A stretch of 64,000 nucleotides of DNA from Cyanophora paradoxa CCMP329. Its lineage: Eukaryota > Plantae > Glaucophyta. The position numbers were made by a program, and so were the translations under genes. The notes beneath the pieces were generated by a model that worked only from the letters and a program-made list of their open reading frames with translations, ran no database searches and had not been told where the DNA came from. Location: assembly GCA_004431415.1 (NCBI GenBank), contig QPMI01000113.1:62001-126000 (forward strand). Reading direction: 5' to 3'. Below are positions 49,972-59,817 of the stretch, piece by piece. How positions within the stretch are numbered: position 1 is the first letter of the stretch; each line of letters opens with the position of its first letter.

Positions 49972-52900
49972 CTACATAACATTTGGAACATGTTCATATA
50001 TTCTCCCTTCTCGCTGTGCCATTTCCGCCATAAAGTCTGCATTATCTTTTATTATTGATTCAGCCATTCGTTCTGCTCGCGATTTTTTGGGTGCTGCCCT
50101 ACTTGCTGGTGGTTGATCAGTTCTCACTACACTAAGACCATGCCCCTCGGCTGACCTCACCTCTAACCCCACATCTCCTTCGGCTGTTTGGGTCACATTC
50201 AGTTCAGGCGTTGAGTATTTATTACCTGCTCCTGCAATGGTTCTGTCTATGCAAGCACAACATAAAGCTCGGAATTTGTATGCAAGCACAAGTCCAAGGG
50301 CACCGAGAATTGGCAAGAGAATGAGAAGCACTAACGTCCCGGGATCCATTCCTGGCGATCCGACTGGATTTGTAGGATTTGAGGGATTATTAGGTGTCGT
50401 GTTCGGATCTGGATCAGTTGTAGGGGGATCTTTTGAATCGGGATCTGGGTTAGGCTGGTTCGGATTGGGATCGTTTGGTGGCGGCTCTGTCGACCCTGAC
50501 AATGATGTTGGCGCTGTGTATGCATTCGCAAACACGATGGGAGCCGTCGCTGGATTTCCTGTTGAAGACCCTGTGATTGCACCATAGGTATCTGACAGGT
50601 ATTTATATAATTCCTTTGTCACAGGCGGATTGCTCACAGATCGGCACACCCAAATATTGCATGTAGTATCATAGACTGTGTCCCTGATAAATGGCGGTAG
50701 AGCTGTCCCACTAAATGACTCAAAGAGCCCATTTCTCGATAGCAACCTATGGGCTGCATCACAGTTCCCACCCTCGAAATATTTGGTAGCCGAAATTGCA
50801 CCTTGCACATAAATATTGCAAGTCGAGTGCATTCCAATGTTATTTAGGTTGGGAGTGTATCTATCATCGAGCCGGACAGTGCACACCCATGGGGAAGCGG
50901 TTTTAATATATTTCTTATCGCCCACTTCAATTACATCTGTATTTGGGTGGCTGTCAAGCTGAGTCCAAACAGCATCATACCTGAAAGTGTAATAAACTAA
51001 GAGACCATCTGTGGACGATGTGAAAGCAAAGAAGGTCATAAAGTCCGTGGATCCAAAGAAGTCAGCATTGGTCGATGTTAGGGTGACTCTGGGATAGCTC
51101 ATGTTGACAGTCTCAGAAGGATATGGAATATATGAGGTGTAATTACGATTGAAAAGATAATAGTGAAATCCATCTGAGACATTCGAGTGAGTGGGCAAGG
51201 TGACTGTTAAGGTCTTACTGCGATTTTCAAACGTGTTTTGTATGACAATATTGCAAGTATTAATATATCGAGAATCGAAAAAGTAATTATTTGTGACTCT
51301 GTTATCGATCACAGTCGCATTGGTTCCATTAAACACGAAATTCTGCCCATTGATCCTTGTAGTATATAGGTCGGTCACATCGAGTGGATACTTTATTTTT
51401 AACCTATCAGTATCATCATACTGGGGAGTCTGACCCACAGCTGACCACCCTACTGTGTATGGGGGATATTCGAATTTCGCTGTGGTGGCATTATATGTAT
51501 AGAAGTAGACACCGACTGGGTAGCCATTGATATAAGTATGGATCGTAGGATCGGCTACAAGATTAAAGCCTGTTGTGGTGACATTCTCTGCTCGAAAAAC
51601 GGTAGTATATTTGGGTGCTGGTGTTATGCCTCCTGTGGGCTGGGCGAAATATCGATTGGTATCTACTATGGTAACAGATGGTGGGGCATTAAATGTCGAT
51701 GTGAAGGTAATAGGTATACTAATCGACTCTGATGGAGTATATCTATAATAGAAGCCATTTACCATACTTAATAATTCTGAGCTCGGGAATGACCTGCTAC
51801 CTGTCTGAGTCATAGGAGTAAATGCTTTGATATTGTGGTATGATATACTGGGTGTCGGGGAGTTTACCAAAGCGACAGCATCTGCGAAATCGGACTTTGT
51901 TATATAGAGCTCTTTAAGATATTCTCGTTTGAAGGGGTTTGTGGGTTCGCCTATCTGTATATTGGAAGCTGGAAAGGGGACGACATTATTTACCTGTAAA
52001 TCTCGGTAAACCTTTACTCTGGGTTTGCTATCGAATATAGGGGTGACATAATTGATAGTAAGAGTGAAGCTTACATTTGCTATTGTGTTTAGCGAGTTGT
52101 TTCGGATGGTAATTATATTACTGAGATTGATAAACGAAACCTGGAACCCTGTGGAGGTGATATTATGGACATATGCTTTATTAGATTCATTAGTGTAAGT
52201 AACATTGTTATAGTAAACTGTGTGATCGACCAAGGTCACAGTAGGTAAAGCCTCGAAACCTGTGACACCCAATTGACCCCATGTAAATGTGTAGGTCGGG
52301 CTATCAGCATACACCACATAGACTTCGAGCCCTGCGATCTTTTGAGGGTAACCTGTGACCTCGTAGGTCTCAGTTCGCGAAACTGAGCGGGAAAGGTTGC
52401 TATTAAAGTCGTTGTAGCTGATCAGAGCTCTCTCATCAGTGGGTAAATCACTGGGTCGGACTGAGTGATTGAAAGGCAAGATTATGTTACTTGTTTTTGA
52501 GGTCGTGCTATAAAAATTGGTCGTGTGCAAGTCATCAAACCACCCATCATAGGCATACACATTGAGCCATTTCTTAACAGCATCAGTGTTAGATTGCCCG
52601 AGATTAAACTGATGATCGAGCAAAGGCACCAAATCGCGGGATAAATACATGATCGCATCAGTGATGGTGATTGCACCTGTTAAAACAGCGAGCCCTGCCG
52701 TGTTTGCTGCGGTAGCAATTGATAAACCCGAGATTTCGAGATCCTGGGCTACATCTCGCTCGTTTCTTGTGAATCGCTCACTATAAAACTCCTTTACAAG
52801 GTCGACCCCCATGACATCAATTAAATGCGGTCGAGTGAGGGTGATATTGCTTGTGATGCTCTGCGAATATTTAACAGGATCCCATTCGACGACAGCTGTT

Positions 52901-53208
52901 AGTGGGATGGGGCGGGCTTTATTGATTTCGTGCTGAAAGGTTCGCACAGTGGGGAAATTGCTGCCAAAGAATGCAACAGGTGAGCCCCCATGATATATTA
53001 CGAGGGCTGAGTTATCAGTGCCATAGGTAAAAGGGAGATTGCTGGTGATATCAATATATTCAAGGTTACTCTGATTTAATAGAAAGTCTTTTACCACAAG
53101 GTTCGAAGATATGGTCACATTGGAAGCGGTAATGTTACTGCTGAGCTCGAAACCGTCATCCAAATACAAGGTTTCCCGAGTGATAAAGGGGAGATTCGTG
53201 ATACTCAT
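49972..53208 (-). CDS. 1078-aa fibre/spike-like protein with Pro-rich stalk and C-terminal TM anchor
   Basis: Tail-fibre-like LVPLLDHQFNLGQS..KWLNVY; two ITF..F..PxV...N(I/V)TxTGF modules; PPNDPNPNQPNPDP stalk; LVLLILLPILGALGLVLAY followed by KFRALCCAC. Confidence 0.7.
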   Translation of the reverse strand: MSITNLPFITRETLYLDDGFELSSNITASNVTISSNLVVKDFLLNQSNLEYIDITSNLPFTYGTDNSALVIYHGGSPVAFFGSNFPTVRTFQHEINKARPIPLTAVVEWDPVKYSQSITSNITLTRPHLIDVMGVDLVKEFYSERFTRNERDVAQDLEISGLSIATAANTAGLAVLTGAITITDAIMYLSRDLVPLLDHQFNLGQSNTDAVKKWLNVYAYDGWFDDLHTTNFYSTTSKTSNIILPFNHSVRPSDLPTDERALISYNDFNSNLSRSVSRTETYEVTGYPQKIAGLEVYVVYADSPTYTFTWGQLGVTGFEALPTVTLVDHTVYYNNVTYTNESNKAYVHNITSTGFQVSFINLSNIITIRNNSLNTIANVSFTLTINYVTPIFDSKPRVKVYRDLQVNNVVPFPASNIQIGEPTNPFKREYLKELYITKSDFADAVALVNSPTPSISYHNIKAFTPMTQTGSRSFPSSELLSMVNGFYYRYTPSESISIPITFTSTFNAPPSVTIVDTNRYFAQPTGGITPAPKYTTVFRAENVTTTGFNLVADPTIHTYINGYPVGVYFYTYNATTAKFEYPPYTVGWSAVGQTPQYDDTDRLKIKYPLDVTDLYTTRINGQNFVFNGTNATVIDNRVTNNYFFDSRYINTCNIVIQNTFENRSKTLTVTLPTHSNVSDGFHYYLFNRNYTSYIPYPSETVNMSYPRVTLTSTNADFFGSTDFMTFFAFTSSTDGLLVYYTFRYDAVWTQLDSHPNTDVIEVGDKKYIKTASPWVCTVRLDDRYTPNLNNIGMHSTCNIYVQGAISATKYFEGGNCDAAHRLLSRNGLFESFSGTALPPFIRDTVYDTTCNIWVCRSVSNPPVTKELYKYLSDTYGAITGSSTGNPATAPIVFANAYTAPTSLSGSTEPPPNDPNPNQPNPDPDSKDPPTTDPDPNTTPNNPSNPTNPVGSPGMDPGTLVLLILLPILGALGLVLAYKFRALCCACIDRTIAGAGNKYSTPELNVTQTAEGDVGLEVRSAEGHGLSVVRTDQPPASRAAPKKSRAERMAESIIKDNADFMAEMAQREGRIYEHVPNVM

Positions 53209-53226
53209 TTGTAATATAAGATTATT

Positions 53227-54201
53227 TTAACCCGATAGCACCTCTAATATAAAGCTGTGATTAACGCCATTAAAGTTGACTACATTATTGTAGGCGTCGA
53301 GCCATTTAATTGTGAGGGTGTCTATATCATAAGCCTGATCGTGGGAATTAAAGAACTCCACAGTATCGATTCTGCGGAATGTCAGGTAGTAAACAAACGA
53401 TCCCAAGGGGCTGGTTAGTGGGATCTTAGCGAGGTTTGCATTTCCGCCCTCATCTGTCTTTGCTGCCACCATATACCTGTCGTAAAAGGGAGTAAACTCT
53501 TTAATTTGTAGGTAAACATAGGGGGTCGGATTTAAATTAATCGCATTCGGGAAGGTCACTGCATTGTATAGGAATTTCTCGGATATTGGTAAATTAGGAG
53601 GGAATATTGAGCGACCCTCGAATGCTTGCAAGAATGAATACTGCAAGTGGAATGGGGTCACATCAGCATACGAGACCTGATAGTGAGGGCTTCCTTTTTC
53701 TGCGACTGCTGTTTGGTAAATCTGCCCTTTGACCATTCCATGGAACCTTGCAAAGTCGTCATGTGCACAGCTCAGTGCGAGGGGAATGCTCGAATAAAAC
53801 GTAATTTTCATTGTCGCTGGATTATAGAGCCATTTGTAGTAGACTGTCAAGCTTTCGCTTGTTAGGGGATCCACATCTACAAAGCTGCCCGAATAGCCTA
53901 AGTTCTTATTACCATATCCCCAAATCGCTGGGGTGTAGTTTCCTATATCAGGGAAAGGGGAAAAGGTGATGCTGTTCGTCATTCCCTGTATGGTCACGCC
54001 TCTGGAATTATCGGTGACAGCATAAATCGTGTTCGGGAGCTCTGCGCTCGCAATGCGCACCCCTTTTACATTCAGAAGTCGCTGAGAAAGCTTTACTGTA
54101 TATTCTCCCGGGTGCCCTGCACTGCGCTCAATAGAATCGATATTAACATTGACCCTCGTAAACTTGCCATTATAGAAATCGTTAACTGGCTTCCGAATCA
54201 T
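53227..54201 (-). CDS. Minor capsid (penton)-like protein 1
   Basis: VNIDSIER...YTVKL...NVKGVRIASAELPNTIYAV at the N-terminus; YVYLQI...LAKIPL...IDTLTIKWLDAYNNVVNFNGVNHSFILEV at the C-terminus. Confidence 0.8.
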   Translation of the reverse strand: MIRKPVNDFYNGKFTRVNVNIDSIERSAGHPGEYTVKLSQRLLNVKGVRIASAELPNTIYAVTDNSRGVTIQGMTNSITFSPFPDIGNYTPAIWGYGNKNLGYSGSFVDVDPLTSESLTVYYKWLYNPATMKITFYSSIPLALSCAHDDFARFHGMVKGQIYQTAVAEKGSPHYQVSYADVTPFHLQYSFLQAFEGRSIFPPNLPISEKFLYNAVTFPNAINLNPTPYVYLQIKEFTPFYDRYMVAAKTDEGGNANLAKIPLTSPLGSFVYYLTFRRIDTVEFFNSHDQAYDIDTLTIKWLDAYNNVVNFNGVNHSFILEVLSG

Positions 54202-54228
54202 TTTTATTTCCTATTAATAAAGAATAAA

Positions 54229-55515
54229 ATGCGCGAGTATCTCAGCATCAGTAGCCGTGATCGATCAGAGGGCTCGGCTCATTCCTATAAGGTGACCCTT
54301 CCAAAGCAATACCACAATGTGAAGAGCATCGCTGTGCGACAGATCGAATTTTCCAACACGATTCCGACGGTTCCAAGCCCTCAATTCTACACTGAAATCG
54401 GGGAGACGAAAGCCGATGATGCTAATACAATTTTCATATCCTTCCCTTACCGATTTTCGACCGGTCAGCTGAATGGTGCCACTCAGGAAATCAGAGATTC
54501 ACAGGCAACTGCAATATACGAAGCATACAAAGCGATAGATTTCGGCGACCAAGGCAACTATATACCGCCTGATTACCTAAACACTTTCAGAAGATATACC
54601 CGATACAGGGACGTAGCAATTACGATCCCTCCTGGCACATACTCGACTGGAACCGACCTTGCCACTGCAATCGATAACATCTTAACGAAAAATGGAACTG
54701 GCAACTACATCAAGGATATGATCGACACAAAAATTAATCCAAGCTACGCATCGACAGGGGGAACCTTTTACCCGGTGGTGAGATGTCGTTTTGAGAGCAC
54801 ATTAAATGCCATATGCTTTTATTCGAGTGATTATGTCTACATAGCTTTCACGAAATATGGACCGAGTAATGCCACTGGGTCTACTGCGAATGAGAGAAAG
54901 GTGCTCGCCTATCGCACGATGACTCTTCTCGGGTTTACATCGATCAGAGAGAATATAATGATAGATCAATACAACGGATCGGGCTATACAGCCTTTGCTG
55001 GGAGTGGTGTCGTTTACTCAGCTGGTGATGCATTCCGCAATTATAATTCGACGGCTCTGGTCTTAGGCATAGCCGGAGGCACTGCCCCTGATTATACACC
55101 GGATAATGCAATAGTCTTAAAGATCACAGAGCCGGACTGCTCGCTTTTTACGACATGCACCGAGGCTACTAATGGATTCCTCGCTAAGATCCCGATTTCG
55201 AAAGGCACAGCCTATGCTGATGCTGAGCTAATTAATTATGGGGCGGATGCTTTCACGAAATACTTTAACACGCGCCTTTCGTTTGATAGTTTAACTGTGC
55301 AAATTCTGACAGAGAGCGGTTATAGGTATTTCCTCGGAAGCTGCGAGCACACATTCATTTTGGAACTCACTATGGGAGTGGATGAGCCCGACGACGATTT
55401 ACAGCGCATTGTTAATAAGGGATTCGCGAAAATGCTATATGAGGACTACCCTCATTGCGGCAATTTAACGAATGCGTTGAGCGGGGTGGCTGTAAAAAAT
55501 AATCCGTTCTTCTAA
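54229..55515 (+). CDS. Minor capsid (penton)-like protein 2 with larger central insertion
   Basis: LSISSRDRS...YKVTLP..YHNVKSIAVRQIEFSNT; FLAKIPI...FDSLTVQILTESG...EHTFILEL; likely ATG at 54229. Confidence 0.78.
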   Translation: MREYLSISSRDRSEGSAHSYKVTLPKQYHNVKSIAVRQIEFSNTIPTVPSPQFYTEIGETKADDANTIFISFPYRFSTGQLNGATQEIRDSQATAIYEAYKAIDFGDQGNYIPPDYLNTFRRYTRYRDVAITIPPGTYSTGTDLATAIDNILTKNGTGNYIKDMIDTKINPSYASTGGTFYPVVRCRFESTLNAICFYSSDYVYIAFTKYGPSNATGSTANERKVLAYRTMTLLGFTSIRENIMIDQYNGSGYTAFAGSGVVYSAGDAFRNYNSTALVLGIAGGTAPDYTPDNAIVLKITEPDCSLFTTCTEATNGFLAKIPISKGTAYADAELINYGADAFTKYFNTRLSFDSLTVQILTESGYRYFLGSCEHTFILELTMGVDEPDDDLQRIVNKGFAKMLYEDYPHCGNLTNALSGVAVKNNPFF

Positions 55516-55547
55516 AATTAATTTCTCAACGGAAGATAAAACGAAAT

Positions 55548-56996
55548 ATGGATCCCACGACCTCGCTTTCCCGCCTCACGCTCAAATCCGTCCTCGAAAC
55601 CCCGGAGGATTACAAGAGCATGCTTTTGGATCGCGGATTTATTGTTGGTGTCGACAAGCAATTCAAGCCTTCTCGTGTTGAGGTGCTCCCAATTGCGGAT
55701 CCCGGCAATCTGTTCTCCTCTACTGGTGCTACCACTCGTGTGGTCTTCTATCTCCCTCGCTACAATTGGTGCAATGGTATTAGCCTCCAAGTTACCATCC
55801 CATCGGCGAAGGCGCTGACTGCCATCGCCAAGACCTCTGCTGACTGCTCGGCTGATCTATTCAATACTGGATTCGTCCGCGGGCTTCCTGGCTCGTTTGT
55901 TCAGCGAGTCAGCATTAAATACGGGTCGTATGAGCAAATTATTCCCGCTGAGCGACTGGTAGATTACGCTTTCCTGGCTAACACTCCGGCTGAATTCGAT
56001 CAAAAGAAGCGCAAGCATGGGCTGCATCTCGGACCGAAGGTAGAGGGCGGCAACCAAGCTGGCGGCATTTTTACCATGCGAATTCCAAGCTTCCTCGATG
56101 CTGGCGTGCCCATCGGTGCGCTCCCATCCGAAATCGCGGTCGAAGTATATTTCCAAACCCCTGCGCTGCTCGAAACTGCGGCGGTTCCTGGCGTTTACGC
56201 TCAGAATAACACGACTGCAATTACTGCTGCCAATTCGACTGATGGCGAGACGACGCTTGCTGTTGCGGCTGCTTTCGGAAATATTAAGACCTTAGCCCAC
56301 CCTAATGCCACTGCGATTTTCGATAGTGCGGCTCTCACACCTACACCTGCACTTGCGAATCTGGAAATGACGACCCCTCGTATTGTTATGGACGCTGTTA
56401 ACATCGATGAGGAAACGATGGGCGAAATCATTACTCGTGTTAAGACCTCTGGCATCGCCATCCCCTACACTGATATTCAGTTTGCGGATTATACCGGTCT
56501 TGCTCTCGGCTCTGGTCTCCGCCTGTCGCTATCTCAAATTTCTGGGCTTGTTTACGCACTTGTTGTCAAGGTTCGCGACGAAAACACACTCGGCGATAAT
56601 AAAGGAGGGCACTCTACTGTCCGCACCCTTGCCTTCGATGATAATGTCGTGATGCAAGTCCTAAACAACAACAATTATCTATATTCCAACACTGGTGTCC
56701 CGCTGCAATCTGCGGCTATGGAGCTCGCCGATAAATTCAAGATGACCAACTGGATCGATAGCAACAAGCGCCCCATTTACACTGGCTTCTGCTTTGCCCT
56801 CGATGGTAAAGCGGCGCTCAAAGGTGAGAAGGCGACTGGCTACGTCGATCTAACGCAATCAGCGTCGAGCTTCCTAATCCTCACACCCAATGGCACACCC
56901 CTCGCCACCTGGTCGAAGGTCAGTGTTCAGATCTCGGCTTACTGCCACAATATTCTTGTGATGAATGCCAACGGTATTTCTCGCATCAGCGCTTAA
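55548..56996 (+). CDS. Major capsid protein (double jelly-roll, PLV type)
   Basis: 482 aa, beta-rich, between penton and packaging ATPase; VVFYLPR...ISLQVT, SFVQRVSIKYG, YTGFCFAL...TGYVDL...AYCHNILVM match PLV/virophage MCP layout. Confidence 0.8.
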   Translation: MDPTTSLSRLTLKSVLETPEDYKSMLLDRGFIVGVDKQFKPSRVEVLPIADPGNLFSSTGATTRVVFYLPRYNWCNGISLQVTIPSAKALTAIAKTSADCSADLFNTGFVRGLPGSFVQRVSIKYGSYEQIIPAERLVDYAFLANTPAEFDQKKRKHGLHLGPKVEGGNQAGGIFTMRIPSFLDAGVPIGALPSEIAVEVYFQTPALLETAAVPGVYAQNNTTAITAANSTDGETTLAVAAAFGNIKTLAHPNATAIFDSAALTPTPALANLEMTTPRIVMDAVNIDEETMGEIITRVKTSGIAIPYTDIQFADYTGLALGSGLRLSLSQISGLVYALVVKVRDENTLGDNKGGHSTVRTLAFDDNVVMQVLNNNNYLYSNTGVPLQSAAMELADKFKMTNWIDSNKRPIYTGFCFALDGKAALKGEKATGYVDLTQSASSFLILTPNGTPLATWSKVSVQISAYCHNILVMNANGISRISA

Positions 56997-57042
56997 TCGG
57001 GCTGTGGCGTTTCGTAATTTTTATATGTTTCTTATAAGGGAA

Positions 57043-57954
57043 ATGGATATACAAGATCTGAGTGAGTTTGACCCGGGAAGCCTGGATTTCCCAAATCGAG
57101 CCGTTTTTGTGGGCAAAACAGCAACTGGGAAGTCAGTGTTTTTGAAATACCTGCTTTACCACAATGAGGACAAGATAGATTCGGTGATGATATTCGCCTC
57201 CACGATCTGGAATCATCAATACGACAATGTCACATCATACTTGTATGAGGATTTCGACCATAAGCTGATTGACAATATATTACAGAAACGCAAGGAGAGG
57301 ATCAAGAAAAAGGAGAAAGTCGGTAACCTGTTAATTGTGCTGGACGATTTCGTGGATAATCCGAGTTTATCAATGGCGGGAAAGGGTGAGCCTATACTAA
57401 ATCAGCTATTTTGTGCTGGAAGACACCTGTTTGTGTCCGTGTGGATTTTGTCACAGAAACTCACGAAGATTTCGCCCACACTCAGAGTAAACGCCGAATA
57501 TATATTCCTGTTCTCATTGCCCAATAGAAAAGAGATGGAGAGCGCTGAGGACGAGTTTAATCCATACGAAAAGCGCTGGTTCGAGAAGGTGATGACCGAA
57601 TACAGTCACAGCTATCAGGTAATCGTGGTAAACAACGCGAAATATAGCCTGGAATTCTCTGTGGGCAAAGCGGATCCGGTGCCTGACGAATATAAATTCA
57701 AGCGGTTCTTTAAAAAACCGGCGGACGACATAAAGACCGCTGGTAAACAGCCGGTAAAACCGACGTCGGGCGCGGTAAATGGCGACCAACCCCAAACCAC
57801 CGATATTACGAAACCTGTGAGTGGAAACGTCGCAACCTTAAAGCGATCCACCAAACGAATAATCGAAGCCGACCTACTTAAAGACCCCAATCTATTGCTG
57901 GCATACCAAGAAAAGCGCCGCCCAAAATTTGCAAAGAAATTGGGTAAATTTTGA
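57043..57954 (+). CDS. A32/FtsK-like genome packaging ATPase
   Basis: Walker A GKTATGKS, Walker B LLIVLDD, GRH motif, ILSQ...ISPTLRVNAEYI. Confidence 0.93.
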   Translation: MDIQDLSEFDPGSLDFPNRAVFVGKTATGKSVFLKYLLYHNEDKIDSVMIFASTIWNHQYDNVTSYLYEDFDHKLIDNILQKRKERIKKKEKVGNLLIVLDDFVDNPSLSMAGKGEPILNQLFCAGRHLFVSVWILSQKLTKISPTLRVNAEYIFLFSLPNRKEMESAEDEFNPYEKRWFEKVMTEYSHSYQVIVVNNAKYSLEFSVGKADPVPDEYKFKRFFKKPADDIKTAGKQPVKPTSGAVNGDQPQTTDITKPVSGNVATLKRSTKRIIEADLLKDPNLLLAYQEKRRPKFAKKLGKF

Positions 57955-57977
57955 ATAAATTTCTCGCATAATGATAA

Positions 57978-58544
57978 ATGCCACCCAAGAACTCGCGGAA
58001 AGCGATCCAAATGGAAGATCAAAGCGCTGTTGTCGCTGGCAAGATTAATCCTGCGGAGGATGCTGGTCGCACTGGCGGTGCTGCGGCTTCTGACCAAATA
58101 GATTTCGACCTAATTGACCCGAATACAAAGGTTTCAGAGCGTGCTCAAAAGGTGGATGCTAAGCGGGAGCCGGTCGATTCCACTGATAGAAAGCTGGCGG
58201 ATCAATCCCTCGCTGAATCACAGCTCACAGGCGAAAAGCTTACTGATAACAAGGTGGTAAAAGCCGAAGCAACAGCCGCTTTACCTGCCTCTATGGAAGC
58301 CCCTAAAAAGCGGGCATCTGTCTATGTGACCAAGGGCGAGAAAGTCGGTCAGGAATTAGAGGAGAAGTTTAGGGCGCTCGAAGCGCGACTGGCTACATAC
58401 GACACTACTGTGCGAGCCTTTGATGATTTCACTAAGGAATACAAACAGCGCAAGCTGATTAAACAAGCTGTTCGCGTGGAAATGGAAAAGAAGCGGGCAA
58501 CTGTTCCGATGTTCAGACAGTCGAAAGAAAAGAGACAGTCATAG
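57978..58544 (+). CDS. Hypothetical viral protein (charged, coiled-coil C-terminus)
   Basis: 188-aa ORF with AT-rich upstream motif, directly after the ATPase. Confidence 0.65.
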   Translation: MPPKNSRKAIQMEDQSAVVAGKINPAEDAGRTGGAAASDQIDFDLIDPNTKVSERAQKVDAKREPVDSTDRKLADQSLAESQLTGEKLTDNKVVKAEATAALPASMEAPKKRASVYVTKGEKVGQELEEKFRALEARLATYDTTVRAFDDFTKEYKQRKLIKQAVRVEMEKKRATVPMFRQSKEKRQS

Positions 58545-58619
58545 CTGAAAATGCACCAAAGCCGGGCGGTTTCGTTAACCCATCGGGTGTGCATGCACAG
58601 CCGGGTGCCAATCTGTCAT

Positions 58620-58859
58620 CTATGTTCGGTGGGCGTCGTCGCTTCTAATGTGCAAGTCGTTCAAACATAAATGAATCCGCCCGTATTTAGAGCGGGTCTT
58701 AATATGAATTCCCTTGCAAAAGGGACAGGTCGGCTCCACAAACACCATTATAAGGTCGACTAATTCGTATGGGAACACGCGAGCAAGTAACACCCTCATT
58801 CCCTTTTCTTTTCTCCAATATTTAATACGTTGTGCAATATTAGGGTCGATGAATTTCAT
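58620..58859 (-). CDS. Hypothetical small viral protein with CPFC motif
   Basis: ATG at 58859, MKFIDPNIAQRIKYW...PTCPFCKG. Confidence 0.4.
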   Translation of the reverse strand: MKFIDPNIAQRIKYWRKEKGMRVLLARVFPYELVDLIMVFVEPTCPFCKGIHIKTRSKYGRIHLCLNDLHIRSDDAHRT

Positions 58860-58876
58860 CACACAATGCATTGAGA

Positions 58877-59196
58877 TGTTTCACCTGCATTTCACAAGCA
58901 CGTGCCACAACTCCTGCTGCGACACAACCGTAGAGGTTGACATTTCGGACGAGGATAATGGAGGTAGGCGACTCTCTGTATATTCCAACCACAGCGAAAA
59001 TCACGATCGCCCCCGATCTCGATCGCCCTCGCCTGTGCCCGCTGACTCCAATATAATCCCACAGACAGCAATAGAAGACGTGCAAGTATCCTATATACGG
59101 CGCCGGTCGTGCCCTAATTTCGTAGAAGGTCATATTCGCGTTGATTCGCCATATCCGCCAATAAATCCGCTTTATTTGGGCGAATACGATCGCTGA
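58877..59196 (+). CDS. Hypothetical small viral protein
   Basis: MFHLHFTSTCHNSCC...RSRSPSP; divergent from the preceding ORF. Confidence 0.4.
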
Positions 59197-59223
59197 AACT
59201 ATTTTCGCGTTAAATAGTATCGA

Positions 59224-59364
59224 ATGCCCGACCCTGATCTCTACGCGATCCTATACAGGAAACGCGCGCAATATGCACTGGAAGCCGCTATTAAAAAACG
59301 TAGAGAAGAGCTCGCTTCGGTCACAAAAAATGACAGCTCAGAAAATGATTTAAAGAAGAAATAG
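59224..59364 (+). CDS. Hypothetical 46-aa viral protein
   Basis: MPDPDLYAILYRKRAQYALEAAIKKRREE...; below the ORF-track cutoff, fills the intergenic gap. Confidence 0.35.
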   Translation: MPDPDLYAILYRKRAQYALEAAIKKRREELASVTKNDSSENDLKKK

Positions 59365-59413
59365 CAAAGACCACTGATAAAAATATTTTCTCAGCTTAAA
59401 GTAAGGTAAACCA

Positions 59414-59635
59414 ATGGAGACGCATGCTATGACTGTGTATGATAAGAACGGGAACCCGGTAGATCTCGATAAGGCGGGCTGGCGTGTCAGGGATATATAT
59501 AAACAGCGGATGCGCTATAACGACGATCCCGAATATCGCGAATTAAAAAAGAAAAAGGCGCTGGAATATTACTATCGTCGCAAGCAAGAAGAGGGCATTC
59601 ACAGTGGAAACCGCGGGCGACCCCGCAAGTATTGA
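59414..59635 (+). CDS. Small basic protein with C-terminal AT-hook
   Basis: 73 aa ending NRGRPRKY (AT-hook core RGRP). Confidence 0.6.
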   Translation: METHAMTVYDKNGNPVDLDKAGWRVRDIYKQRMRYNDDPEYRELKKKKALEYYYRRKQEEGIHSGNRGRPRKY

Positions 59636-59817
59636 ACGCAATCCGCCGCTGAATCCATTCCTTATTTTTCAAGCGGCTTTCCGATGCATATCGGCAAGCT
59701 CCCCAATCGTTTTTAGTCATCGGGAAAAAATTTGTAGGGCATTTAAAGACAACTCGCCAAAATTTGATCAGCCTAAGAAAAATTAATTTCTTGCATTAAG
59801 GTAGAAAGACATCGAAA

